Shown: one piece after another, positions 13,593-24,806 of the stretch | Numbering within the stretch: position 1 is the stretch's first letter | Layout of the letters: each line of letters starts with the position of its first letter | Origin: Lama glama | Taxonomy: Eukaryota | NCBI GenBank assembly: GCA_028534125.1 | Contig: CM052818.1 | Coordinates: 35,962,001 to 36,026,000 of the forward strand | Direction: 5' to 3' | DNA length: 64,000 bases | Notes under the pieces: generated by a model | Databases searched by the model: none | What the model saw: only the letters and a program-made list of their open reading frames with translations | What the model was told of the DNA's origin: nothing | Translations under genes and position numbers: made by a program

Positions 13593-15726
13593 CTCCTCCT
13601 CCTCCTCCTCCTCGGCCGCCGCCGCCACCGCCCCCCGCTCGCGGCCCCGCCCCCTCCGCGCCCCGCCCCACCCCGCCCCGGCCGCCCCGCCCGCTTCCAG
13701 CTGCCCCGCCCGCCGCGCTGCCCCTGCGCCCTCCGCCCGGCCCGGCCGCCGCGACCCGGTGCCCGCGAGCTCCGACGGCGCGTCCGAGGCAGGCAGGTCC
13801 CCGCCCGCCGGGCGGTGGAGCGAGGAGCCGCCCCGCGCCCTCTGCCGGCCGCAGGCCCGAGGGAGGGCTGCCGCGGTCCCGCCCCGGCCCGCGTCCTAAC
13901 GAAGTGTGGGAAAGGAGGCCCTAAGTCTTCCCCTCCCCTCGGGGCGTTCCTCTGACTGTTGCCGGGAAGCTGCCTCGAACCCCAGGGCGCTTTCAGCTAG
14001 GCCGCCCCGCCTGCAGCCTCCCGCTGGTCTTATCTGTCAGGGAAGGTTGTGGAGCGGCGAGAGGCCCACTGGACCCGGGAGGAGTCGGTTCTGGGCCTGT
14101 CCCTCTTCTAATTTGTTATATTACTTTGAGCGAGACACATCCCTCGGGCCTCGGTTTTTATTCTGTAAAATTGGAAGGTGGTTGCCTGGATGATTTCACA
14201 AGCTATTAGATAAGGAAAAAGAAAGATCATCTGCCCCTTTCATTTTACAGATGAAAAGGTCTATCTGACGCGTCTGGTTCTGCAATTCCATGAATTACCC
14301 AAAATGTCTGTCATTGACAGAGCTTTCCCCTCAAGGGGGCCCACACCTTTCTTCTTTTCTACTCGCTTTTTAAAAATTTATAATGGAAGTTCTCCTTCCA
14401 AAAGTAGAGTGTTCCTTGTCACTAGAAGAATAAAGCAGCGGCTGAACAGGTTTTCTGAGCCGCGATTGCCTTATCTGGAAAGCATCTCTCGTTCCAGAGG
14501 CTAGTGATATAATACCCAGCTCTCTCCCCGAGTTGTCCTAAGGATGAATGAGTCGCTGGTGCAGAGTTGCTTTGTAAAACAGTCATCTATCCTTTCCTGC
14601 ACTTTTATTCCCAGGTAGCTTCCTGCACCTACCCTAGTCCTGTCCTGCTACTGCTGTCTCCCGGATTTTCCTGTTTCTCTTCCAGAGTCTTATACCCTAA
14701 AGCAACCTCTGGAAATCCCTGAGGCCTTCACACCTTTCTCCTAACTGAAACCTGACTTTGCTTCGAAACACCACCCTCCCTGGCAGCCCTCACAGGCAGT
14801 AAGCAACTTCCTCCAGAAGGCAGGTACTGAATCCTGCAGGCATTCACTGCCATACCCTAGATCACCACCCTTTTCCTGTTCTGCTCATAAAACAACCTTT
14901 AGCCCACACCCCACATTTACCATATATTCATTCTTTACATATTCATTCATTTGATTCTTGTCAAAGACTTGTTACTGGGACCCTTGATGCATTTCATTAA
15001 CTCCTGCCCTCACCAGGTTTAGCAGAATCTCTAGTCCAGAGTCCTCACCCCCAATAATCCCTGAAAATACCCGGAGCTACCTACCTCTCATTTACCAGGT
15101 TAATCCCCTTCTGTAGGATTTACCTCCCAAGCTAGTCTAATCTAGGCTGTGTGAAGATGCCTACAAATGAGCCACTTGTATAGGTAATACTGTCTCCTAT
15201 TGGGGCTACACTCTAGTCACTGCTGATTGCCAGGCCCAGCAGATCCTTCAGTCCCCCCACCATTTGGCCTCTCTGCAGCAATTGATACTGTATTCTACAT
15301 CCTTCTCCTCTGTCTTTATCTGTCTTCTGAACTTACCTTTGCTAGCACTTTTCTTTGCTGCTCCTTTTCTACAGAGCCATAGAATGTTGATATCCTCCAG
15401 GTTGTATTTTTTCCCTGCCTCTCTTCTCACTTAGACCGACTTCCTTTTGCTTCCACTGCTTCAACTGTTAATAACACCTGCATCTCCTTCTTCCAGCCCC
15501 CCACCCAATCTGCAGCCCAGTGTCTTAATTAACTTTTAAGCATCCTCAGGACAGGCAGTTTAGAGATTTTGTTGAATGATGGGTGAAATTTAAGGCATTA
15601 TTTATACTGCCATCCACAAATGCTAAAGAAAGAACTTTTCTAGGGTGAGACTACTTCATAAGTAAGACCCTTTGGCTTTTTACTCTTTACTTTCATAATC
15701 ACTTGCCAAAACAGTTATAATGTGCT

Positions 15727-16525
15727 TTTTTTCTTCCTGATTGTGTTAAAATACACATAATGTAAAATTTACCACCTTGTTATTAAATGTACAGTTCAGT
15801 GTATTAAATACATTCACACCATTGGGCAGCCATCAGTACCATCCATCCCCATAACTCTTATCATCTTGTAAAGCTGAAAATCTTTACCTATGAAACACTA
15901 ACTCCCCATTCTCCCCATCCCCCAGCTACTGACAACTACCATTCTATTTTGTCTCTATGATTTTAACTACTCTAAGTACCTCAGATAAGTGGAATCATAT
16001 AGTATTTATCTTTTTGTGACTGGCATATTTCACTTGGCATAATGTCCTCAAGATTCATCCATGTTGTAGCATATTACATAATTTCCTTCTTTTTTAAGGC
16101 TGAGTAATGTTCCATCATATGAACACACCACATTTTGCTTATTCATTCATCTGTTGTTGGGCACTTGGGTTGCTTCTACGTTTTCGCTATTGTGAATCAT
16201 GCAGCTATCAACATATGTGTATAAATATCTCTTTGAGACCCTACTTTCAATTCTTTGGGGTATATACCCAGAAGTGGAATTGCCGGGTCATATGGTAATT
16301 CTGTTTTTCACTTTTTGAGGAACGTCCGTACTGTTCTCCACAGCAGCTGTATTGTGTTACATCCCCACAACAATGCACAAGGGTTCCAGTTTCTCCACAT
16401 CCTCACCAACACTAGTTGTTTTCTGTTTTTTAATAGTAGCCATCCTAATGGGTGTAAGGTGGTATCTCGTAGTTTTGATTTGCATTTCCCTAATGATTAG
16501 TGATGCTGATCATCTTTTCATGTTC
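15727..16525 (-). mobile_element. L1 (L1MA/MB-like) 3' end
   Basis: T-rich start followed by canonical reversed L1 3' UTR and ORF2 end (gggtatatacccagaagtggaattgccgggtcatatggtaattct). Confidence 0.9.
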
Positions 16526-17734
16526 TCCTAACCCACTTTTATCTTTCCCAATTAGTCTTCTCTTCTCTAGTCATTTTTAACACCTCTCTGGCTCCACCTG
16601 TGTTTCCTAAACAGGTCCACTTCCTTAATTCCAACCAACCCTCTACCCCCAGGAACCATTAATATGGGGCAAAGATTTATTAGTTAGAATTGCTTCCTGA
16701 ACCCGACACAGCCTCTTTGAAATCCATTTACTTTAGCTATTTAAGCAAAAGTTCCTTTACTCCCAAAGTACAATGCCAATCATAGACTGACTCCAATTAA
16801 ATGAACATGTTTTGAACAGGTTTTTTTAAATGAAGATTAAGACAACATTTAACTTTTATTGCCCAGATAGAGCTGGTTTTAGTCCAGGTCCTATTGACCT
16901 CATAGATTAATACTAATCCTTTAGTGGACTAGAAACATGCTAGTTATATGACCAGGATCTGTAATATACCTGTTGAATTTTCTCCAAGGCATAATAGATT
17001 ACTAGTCGCATAAAACATTTGGCTAGTTGTATGAAACATCTCTCCAATTACTGAGGCAAGAACTGACTTAACACTGACACTCTTTTTTCAAATAGTTTTG
17101 TTTGTTTTGATTCATAAAATAACCAAACAATAAAGAAAAGTAGAAAGCAGTTTAAAAAAAAAAAAACCTCTACTGAACCAGAAGAAAACATAGTGAACAC
17201 CTTTCCGCATATTGACCATGTGTACTCACAGATACAAATACAGTATGGTATTCAATTTTATATAATAGACACACTATAAATGCTCATCGATAATCCAGTG
17301 TCTTGTACTATACAACATATTTTCATCATTAAAGTGGCTGAATACTCTTGCATTGTATGTCTCTTTAGCCATTTAATTAATCAATCCCTTACTGGAAAAT
17401 GTTTACGTTGTTTTTGTTATCTTGTTTGTGTATGTATTATTTTTTGTAAAAAATTCTATAATTCTAATGCCTGCCCTTTTGCACAGTTTGAAAATTATTT
17501 TCTTGGGTTAAATTCCTAGAATATTAATTGCTGGCTCAAAAGGTACGTGTTTAATTTTTTTTACTACATATTTGCCAAATTGGCCTCCAGAAAAATTGTT
17601 CCAATCTGTGATCCTACCTACCTTGCATGAGCCTGCCACTTCCCCACAAAAAAAAAAGGATTTTGTTAATTTTCCTTTGAATAGTCTTTAATTTCTCCAT
17701 TTGCTTGAATTACAGACATTAAGAAGATTAGGTT

Positions 17735-17917
17735 TAGAGCTAGGCAGACCCAGGTTTGAAACGGCTCTGCCACTGACCAGCGGTATGACCCTGAACAAAC
17801 CCTTTCAACACCTCCAAGCCTCAGTGTCCTCCTCTGTAAAACAGGATGCCAGCAAAGGATTGTTGCAAAGACTGAATGAAATAATATATGCAAAGCACTT
17901 AGTATAGTGTTCCACAC
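17735..17917 (+). mobile_element. MIR SINE
   Basis: MIR core: ggctctgccactgaccagc...gcctcagtgtcctcctctgtaaaacagg...aaataatatatgcaaagcacttag. Confidence 0.8.
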
Positions 17918-18713
17918 TTAGGATTGCCCATGAAAAAGTAAAAATGAGCTCAAACTAAGAAAGTAAAAATCTGCCCGGCCATTCATCAAACTGGAAGAAT
18001 AGGCACAGATAAAGCCAGCTGCACAGTTAACAGGATGCAATGTTCCCTAAGGACATACTGCAGCTGTAAAGTGTCATAATAGCCGCTTTCTTCAAGTGAC
18101 TACTGCTTTCCTACTCACTGCGAAACCTTGTTCTTCACAATCCTAAGTATCAGAAACTTTGAGGTTCATAACTATATCAGTAAGAATTATGTATCCACCT
18201 CTTGCCTGGAGAATCTAAGTCCTTTTTGACAGAAATGTAGCCTTGATTTAAAACCCAGGCATAGAGTTTTAGATAAAGGGGTTTCTGGACAAATATTCTG
18301 CATCTGTCTTAACTTTATTGTTTCCAAAGCAATAGAATCCTGGTTCCACCTTGCAGTCCAGATTGGATGTTGACCCCTTTACATAGCCTTGCTTTATTTT
18401 GAGCCTATAAAGGTACTGTTTTATTTAAATTGCATCTAAACTCTGCTGAAATTGACCACATCCTAGTGTGTGATATTAAGTAGGAATAGATATTACATAA
18501 ACACAGGGTTTCATTTGGAGCATCTTAAAAATTTCTTTTTGACACTTTGAAAATATTATTTGTTAAGTTAGCTGTTGTTAAACAAATTGAATGGTTTTTG
18601 CCTCCAAATAATACTGATTTTGAATTGTTTCTTGGAGTTTCTTTCAGTTCTAGCACACTCTAAGCTGTTATTTGAGTGGCAAAACTTTTTGCACAGAAAG
18701 TTGATCTTTTTAA

Positions 18714-20855
18714 ATTGAGGTGTAATTGACATATAACATTTTATTAGTTTCAGGCACACAACATAATGATTCAATATTTGTATACACTGTGAAATGATCA
18801 CCACAGTAAGTCGTTACCATCCGTCACCATATAAAGTTACACATTGTTTCTTCTGATGAGAACTTTATTCCCTAAGCAACTTTCAAATATGCAATACAGT
18901 ATTATTGACTATATTCACCATGCTGTATTACATTTCATGACTTACTTATGCTACAGCTGGAAGTTTGTACCTCTTGACTTCCTTTACCCATTTTGTCCAC
19001 TCTCTAACCCCCATCCCCTCTGGTAACTGCCAGTCTGTTCTCTGTATCTGTGACATTGACTTTGTTTTGTTTTGTTTGTTTTGTTTTTTAGATTTCACAT
19101 ATAAGTAAAATCATACAGATTTCTCTTTTTCTGTCTGACTTATTTTACTTAGCATGATACCCTCAAGTCTGTCCATGTTGTCACAGATGGCAAGATATTT
19201 TTATGGCTGAGTAGTATTTCATTGTATATTATACCACTTCTTCCTTATCCATATATCCATCGATGGACACTTAGATTGTTTCCATATCTTGGCTATTATA
19301 AATACTGCTGCAATGAAAGTCTTCTCAAATTGATGTTTTTGTTTTCTTCAGACAAGTATCCAGAAATGGACTTGCTGGAACATATGGTAGTTCTAGTTTT
19401 AATTTTTTGAGGAATCTCTATACTGTTTCCATAGTGGCTGCACCAATTTACATTCTTACCAGCAGTCCACAAGTGTTCCCTTTTCCCTACATCTTCACTA
19501 ACATTTGTTATAGCTTGTCTTCTTGATGATAACCATTCTAATAGATGTGAGGTGATACCACCTTGCAGTTTTGAATTGCATTTCCCTGATGATTAGTGAT
19601 GTTGAGCATTTTTTCACATGCTTGTTGTCCATCTGAATGTCTTCTTTGGAAAAATGTCTGTTCAGATCCTCTGCCCATTCTTTAATCGGACTGGTTTGTT
19701 TTTTTTGGTTTTTGGTTTTTGGGGTTTTTGGGTTTTGGGGGGGTTTGCTATTAAGTTGTCTGAGTTTTTTAAATATATTTTGGATATTAACCCCTTATTG
19801 GATATGACTTGCAAATATTTTCTCCCATTCAGTAGGTTGCCTTTTCATTTGCCTGATGGTTTCTTTCACTGTACAAAAGCTTTTTATTTTGAGGTGGTCC
19901 CATTTATTTATTTTTGCTTTTGTTGCATTTGCTTTTGGAGTCAGATCCAAGAAATCATCATCAAGACCAATGCCAAAGAGCTTACTGGCTGTTTTCTTCT
20001 AGGAGTTCTATGGTTTCAGGTCTTACATTCAAGTTTTTAATCCATTTTGAGTTAATTTTTGTGTATGGTGTAACATAGTGATCTAGTTTCATTCTTTTAC
20101 ATGTTACTGTCCAGTTTTCCCAACACCATTTATTGAAGACACTGTCCATTCCTCATTGTATATTTTGCCTACTTTATCATAAATGAATTGGCTGTACATG
20201 CATAGGTTTATTTCTGGGCTCTCTGTTCTGTTCCATTAATCTATGTGTCTGTTTTTATGCCAATAGCATACTGTTTTGATTATTAAAACTATGGGGCTAT
20301 AGCATAGTATAGTATGATACTATACTATTGGCATACTGTCACCAGCTTTCTTCTTCTTTCTCAGGATTGCATTGGCTGTTCCAGGTCTTTTGTGCTTCCA
20401 TACAAGTTTTAAGATTGTCTGTTCTGTTTTTGTGAAAAATGCCATTAGAATTTTGATAGGGATTGCATTAAATCTGCAGATTGCTTTGGGTATATGGACA
20501 TTTTAACAATATCAATTCTTCTAATCCATGAGAATGGAATATCTTTCCATTTATTTGTGTCTTCAATTTTTTTCATCAATACCTTGTAGTTCTCAGTGTA
20601 CAGGTATTTTGCCTTCCTATTGCTAGGTATTATTATTATTTTTGATGCAGTCATAAACAGAATGATTTTCTTAATTTCTCTTTCTGATAGTTTGTTGTTA
20701 GTGTATAGAAATGCAACCAATTTTTCATATTGACTTTGTACCCTATGACTTTACTGAATTTGTTTATTAGTTCTGACAGCTTTTGGGTGGAGTCTTTAGG
20801 GTTTCCTAGTTATAAAATCATGTCATCTGCAAATAGTGACAATTTTACTTCTTCT
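18714..20855 (-). mobile_element. 5'-truncated L1 (L1MA9-like), ~2.1 kb
   Basis: ORF2 remnant (track ORF 20445-20720: AFLYTNN...[20 protein letters not shown]); TSD agttgatYtttttaa at 18699-18713 and 20856-20870. Confidence 0.92.
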
Positions 20856-21164
20856 AGTTGATTTTTTTAAGTCAAATAAATAACATTATGTCATCTTGTT
20901 CTGTTATCAAATAACAGGATTTCTGGTCTCTTTCTCAGGTCTTGTTGATTAGTTGCTGTAACTTTATTCCTGCACATTACACAGCAGCTTTTTTCTAAAA
21001 TATCCTTAGTTTCTATGTTAGTCAATTCACTTGTCAGAGCTAACTACTTAGCACACCATCTTGCTTCATGCTTGGTAGAGAATTCTCCGGTGATATATGC
21101 AGCTCCAGTGTGTCCTGGACCCAATGGCAATTAGGTGTGATCATGTTTAAAAAGATAATCTTTC

Positions 21165-21249
21165 ATGTATAACGGAAAAGTTGTGCTCTACACTGGGATT
21201 TGACACACCTTTGTAAAATGACTATAACTCAATAAAAAAAGTTTAAAAA
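21165..21249 (+). mobile_element. 85-bp extreme 3' end of a young lineage-specific L1
   Basis: ...ttgtaaaatgactataactcaataaaaaaa tail; perfect 16-bp TSD aaaaagataatctttc at 21149-21164 and 21250-21265; TT/AAAA target. Confidence 0.85.
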
Positions 21250-22531
21250 AAAAAGATAATCTTTCTTTTCTGAATGATCCCCTCACACCTTTTAGTCTCA
21301 ACAACTGTCCTGCTTCTCCTAAGGTGGACATTACCCATTGACACTAATTGTAACTAAGAAGATGAAGGTACCATGAAATTCCTTTGGTTTTTACATCTGA
21401 ATTTTGGGGATTATAGTCTCTGTGACGGACATTTTGGTTATCATTTTTCACTACTAACCGCACAATGCAATGAACGCACTATCCTCTATTTTCCCAAGCA
21501 TTAACGACGTAAAACACAGGCATGCCTCCCCAACATATGTAGGCTTCAGTCGGACTTGCTGTAGTGGCTGCTTCTCACTTTTGAAGTCTGAATGTCACTG
21601 TCAGTTGTATATGTAGGACTGGATTGGCAGTGGCCTGTGTTGTGTGCTTCAAGAGATGCCAGACATACCCTCACGCCCAAGCTTACCAGAGTGCCTGCTA
21701 CTTCAACAACAGAGATTCATTCCTTTGGGTTTGTAACTTGCTATCTCTGGATGATCCTTTCAACCTATGTTTCTCCTGATATGATTATCATAGAAAATTA
21801 AGAGCATACAGAGAACTTGATAAATGAAAACAGACATTACCTGTAGCTCATGGCTCAAGACTCCACTGTTGTTAACATTTTGGTATTTCCTCCTTTTCCT
21901 TTCACATATATGAAGTTGAAAAGATAATCTTCTTTTTGGAAACTCTTTTGTTACGATTTAAGCAGCCTTACAGTAAAAGAAATCTGATGAATATAAATTC
22001 CAAGCATTTCTCTAAATTTACTTCTGGTTCTTCATTCATTCAATAAACATTGGCTAAATACCTACTACAAGCAAAGCACTGAGCTAGACACAGATTAGTG
22101 ATATAGAATCGCTGTGATATATATGCCTTATCAGTATATAAAAATTCACGTGTTCTTACAGATCAGTAATCAGACATGTAATCAGTACGTAAACTAAAAA
22201 AGAAATCAGTGCATAAACTATTTTAGATTCTAGTTTCATTTTCCAACATTACATCTTGTAGATTACATACATGCCCCAAACTTTTTGGATTTTAAGGGTT
22301 GTAGAGTATTCGGCTGTATTGATTTCACCATTCCCTATTATTGCAAATTTGGGGTACTTTCTCTTCCCGCTGGGTATTTTATCCTCCCTCTTGCTTTTAG
22401 AGTCTTTCCTCAGATGTAAATCCTCAAAGGAAGTTCAAAGGAAGTTGTCAAACCATAGGGCATAATCATTTATTTGAGCAAACCTCTTTTAGAATTCAAA
22501 TAGAGGAGGAAGAGCAAATTACACATGCTTT

Positions 22532-22686
22532 TTTTATTTTTTTAAGTGTTTTGGGGGGGTTGGGAGGTAATTAGGTTTATTTATCTATTTATTTGTTTGT
22601 TTATTTTTAATGGAGGTACTGAGGATTGAACCCAGGACCTTGTACATAATAAGCAGACACTCTACCACTGAGCTATACCCTCCCCC
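22532..22686 (-). mobile_element. tRNA-derived SINE (Vic-1-like)
   Basis: Reverse complement reads gggggagggtatagctcagtggtagag...ggtcctgggttcaatcctcagtacctcc; TSD at 22520-22531 and 22687-22698. Confidence 0.88.
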
Positions 22687-24806
22687 TACATGTGCTTTAG
22701 ACTGCTCACAATTTAGGTCAAGCAGGTGGTTTTCTTCCTATTTGGGGGAGGTGGGGGCACTGAAACAGGTAAGTATCACAGAGGGAAGTCATAGGCCAAC
22801 AGAGATGAACTTTACCCTCTTCATAGTTCAGCCTGCCTTTCTGAGAGCAACAGAAATGGTTACTAGGAGTTATGCCCTTTCCACAATTATTAGGTTAGAT
22901 TCCACAAGCCTGCATGGGAGCTCACTGAGGGCAGGGCCCTCCACATTCAGCATAAACCTAACACCCCTTGTCTTTCATTAGATTTGGCTTTCAGAAGAAG
23001 AACCTGCACTACTGCACTTTAAACACTGGTAAAACTAACAGCTATTGTTACACCAATTCATTCTTTCCTATCTGTGCTGACCAATAGTGACTGAATTTTC
23101 CCATGAAGATGGGGCCTCCCAGCTGTTGATGCTGGGGAACAGGACCTCTGCGAAGGCAGCTGATACAGTGAGAGCTCATGGTGATACCCACTAGTGCCCT
23201 GCTGAAAACTCCCCCGGCAGGACCTCCTGAGGGCATACTCACTGTGGAACCCCCATAACTTCGGTGGGTCTGGCCATGCCCTGGCCAAACCTTCCCTGCA
23301 CTCACACTCACTACTGAGCTGCAGACAACAGCAGATTCAAGCGGGCAGCTGTGGAATCTTCTGGGTGGCTACCTGGTGCAAAGTCCCCCTCTTTCAGCTT
23401 GGTGGGGTGGACACATTCCTCCTTCCCTCCCACCTTCCAAGGCTGCCCAAACTCTCCCACTTGGGCAGAAGAAAGGGATAAGAAGGCAGAGTAGGGGAAA
23501 TTACTAACTATACTTCCTCAGTCCTAAATGCAGGCTGGCAGCCCCTAAGGTTTTAAATACAAGAATCATAAGTAGAGATTTCATCCAGAGATTCATTCAT
23601 GCAATCATTCAGTAAATATTTATTAAGAACCCAATGTGTGCTAAGCATTATTCTAAGTGTCAAAGATGCAGGGGAAACAATTTCTGTCCTCAAAAGCTTA
23701 CATTGTGGAAGAAATAGACAACAAATGAATAAATAAGTAAATGAGGAGAGGTTTCATCTAAGTAGAATATCTAAAGTAGAAAAAAAATATATATATATAT
23801 ATTTAGCATCAGTGCTAAAATAATCCAATGTACTAATCACTCTGGATTACTCTCAGAACTTCCCTCCAGTACCAAACTGAATAAAATCTATGAATGTTCT
23901 TCATTTCAATTGAACAAACTGAACACTTACTTCCTACGGTAGCTGAGAAGCTATAAGGACTGAAAAAGAGAGGCTTCCTGCCCTCAAGGTACTCACCTTC
24001 TAATAGGGAAGTTTCATGTATTCAATTAACATGATAGTTGGTGCTTGTACCATATAGCTCCTTTTTGGAAAGGGAAGTATACATATTTCCATTTGTGGAG
24101 CTAGCATGTGTCAAGGATATGCTTCAAACTAAGCATACCCTGGGTGCACAAACTCAGAGCCTGCACACAGCTTCTTGTTCCAAGTGTCTATAGCTTACAA
24201 TTCCAGAAAAGACGTTCTTTTGCCCCTCTACTCTCCCCCGTTGCCCAGCCTCATCACTGCCCTCCAGCCTCTCCTTAAGCTATCAGAGAGTGTGCTGTCT
24301 CCTCACTTTCCTATTGTCCCTAGGGTCAGGAGAAGCTGGGGACACTCTCTCCCTTGGCTCTTCTCTCCTCTAATTTCCTACACTCACAAACTCATATAAG
24401 GCAGGAAGAGATCTTGACGCAACTTACTCATATTACAGATAATGCAGTTGAGACCTGGAGAACCTAAACGACTTGTCCAAGTTCAAACAACTAGTTAGTT
24501 GCTTCCTGCAGGAGGGATTTTGGCTGGGATGAGTCTGAGGGAAGGCTTTCTGAGACCAAGTGTCACAGATTTAAAGGGTCTTGCTTGCCTGCTGCTTGCT
24601 GTTGGCATGGAAAGGAAGAAGAGCCCTCGGTTGGCCAAAAAGAGGTAACACAGAGAACAGTAAAATCACCTGGCCACCCAGAGAAGTAGGGGTGGATGCA
24701 TGATTACAAGGCATAAAGGAGTGGGCACTGGGAGGTCAAGACTAACTCGCATGTTGAGATCTATTGTTGGAGAGAAATGATGGCAATCAAGAATTTCAAT
24801 GAACAC

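Larger units (their letters stand above)
13261..13640 (-). other. First exon (5' UTR, apparently non-coding) of an unidentified gene transcribed leftwards
   Basis: Consensus donor CAG|GTGAGT on the minus strand (exon ends 13261, GT at 13260-13259); lies inside the CpG island just downstream of the GC-box cluster; contains (GAG)7 and GGC repeats typical of 5' UTRs; its only two ATGs open very short ORFs. The TSS position is approximate. Confidence 0.8.
12680..14150. promoter_or_regulatory. CpG island / promoter of a minus-strand gene
   Basis: Sharp switch from AT-rich flanks to very GC- and CpG-rich sequence; many GC boxes (CCCCGCCCC) at ~13645-13890; no obvious TATA box. Boundaries estimated by eye. 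Confidence 0.95.

Noticed and set aside
13261..13640. Assigning a gene symbol to the minus-strand gene
   Set aside because: No coding exon lies in the window and I cannot reliably recognise the 5' UTR; BLASTN is needed.
12492..14193. Many overlapping 70-237 aa ORFs in the CpG island
   Set aside because: Ala/Gly/Pro/Arg-rich frames on both strands are expected from stop-codon scarcity at very high GC; many begin at non-ATG codons and cross the splice donor; no recognisable domain.
21919..21931. Third copy of aaaagataatctt near the 21149/21250 TSD
   Set aside because: Short AT-rich match with no associated insertion structure; probably chance.
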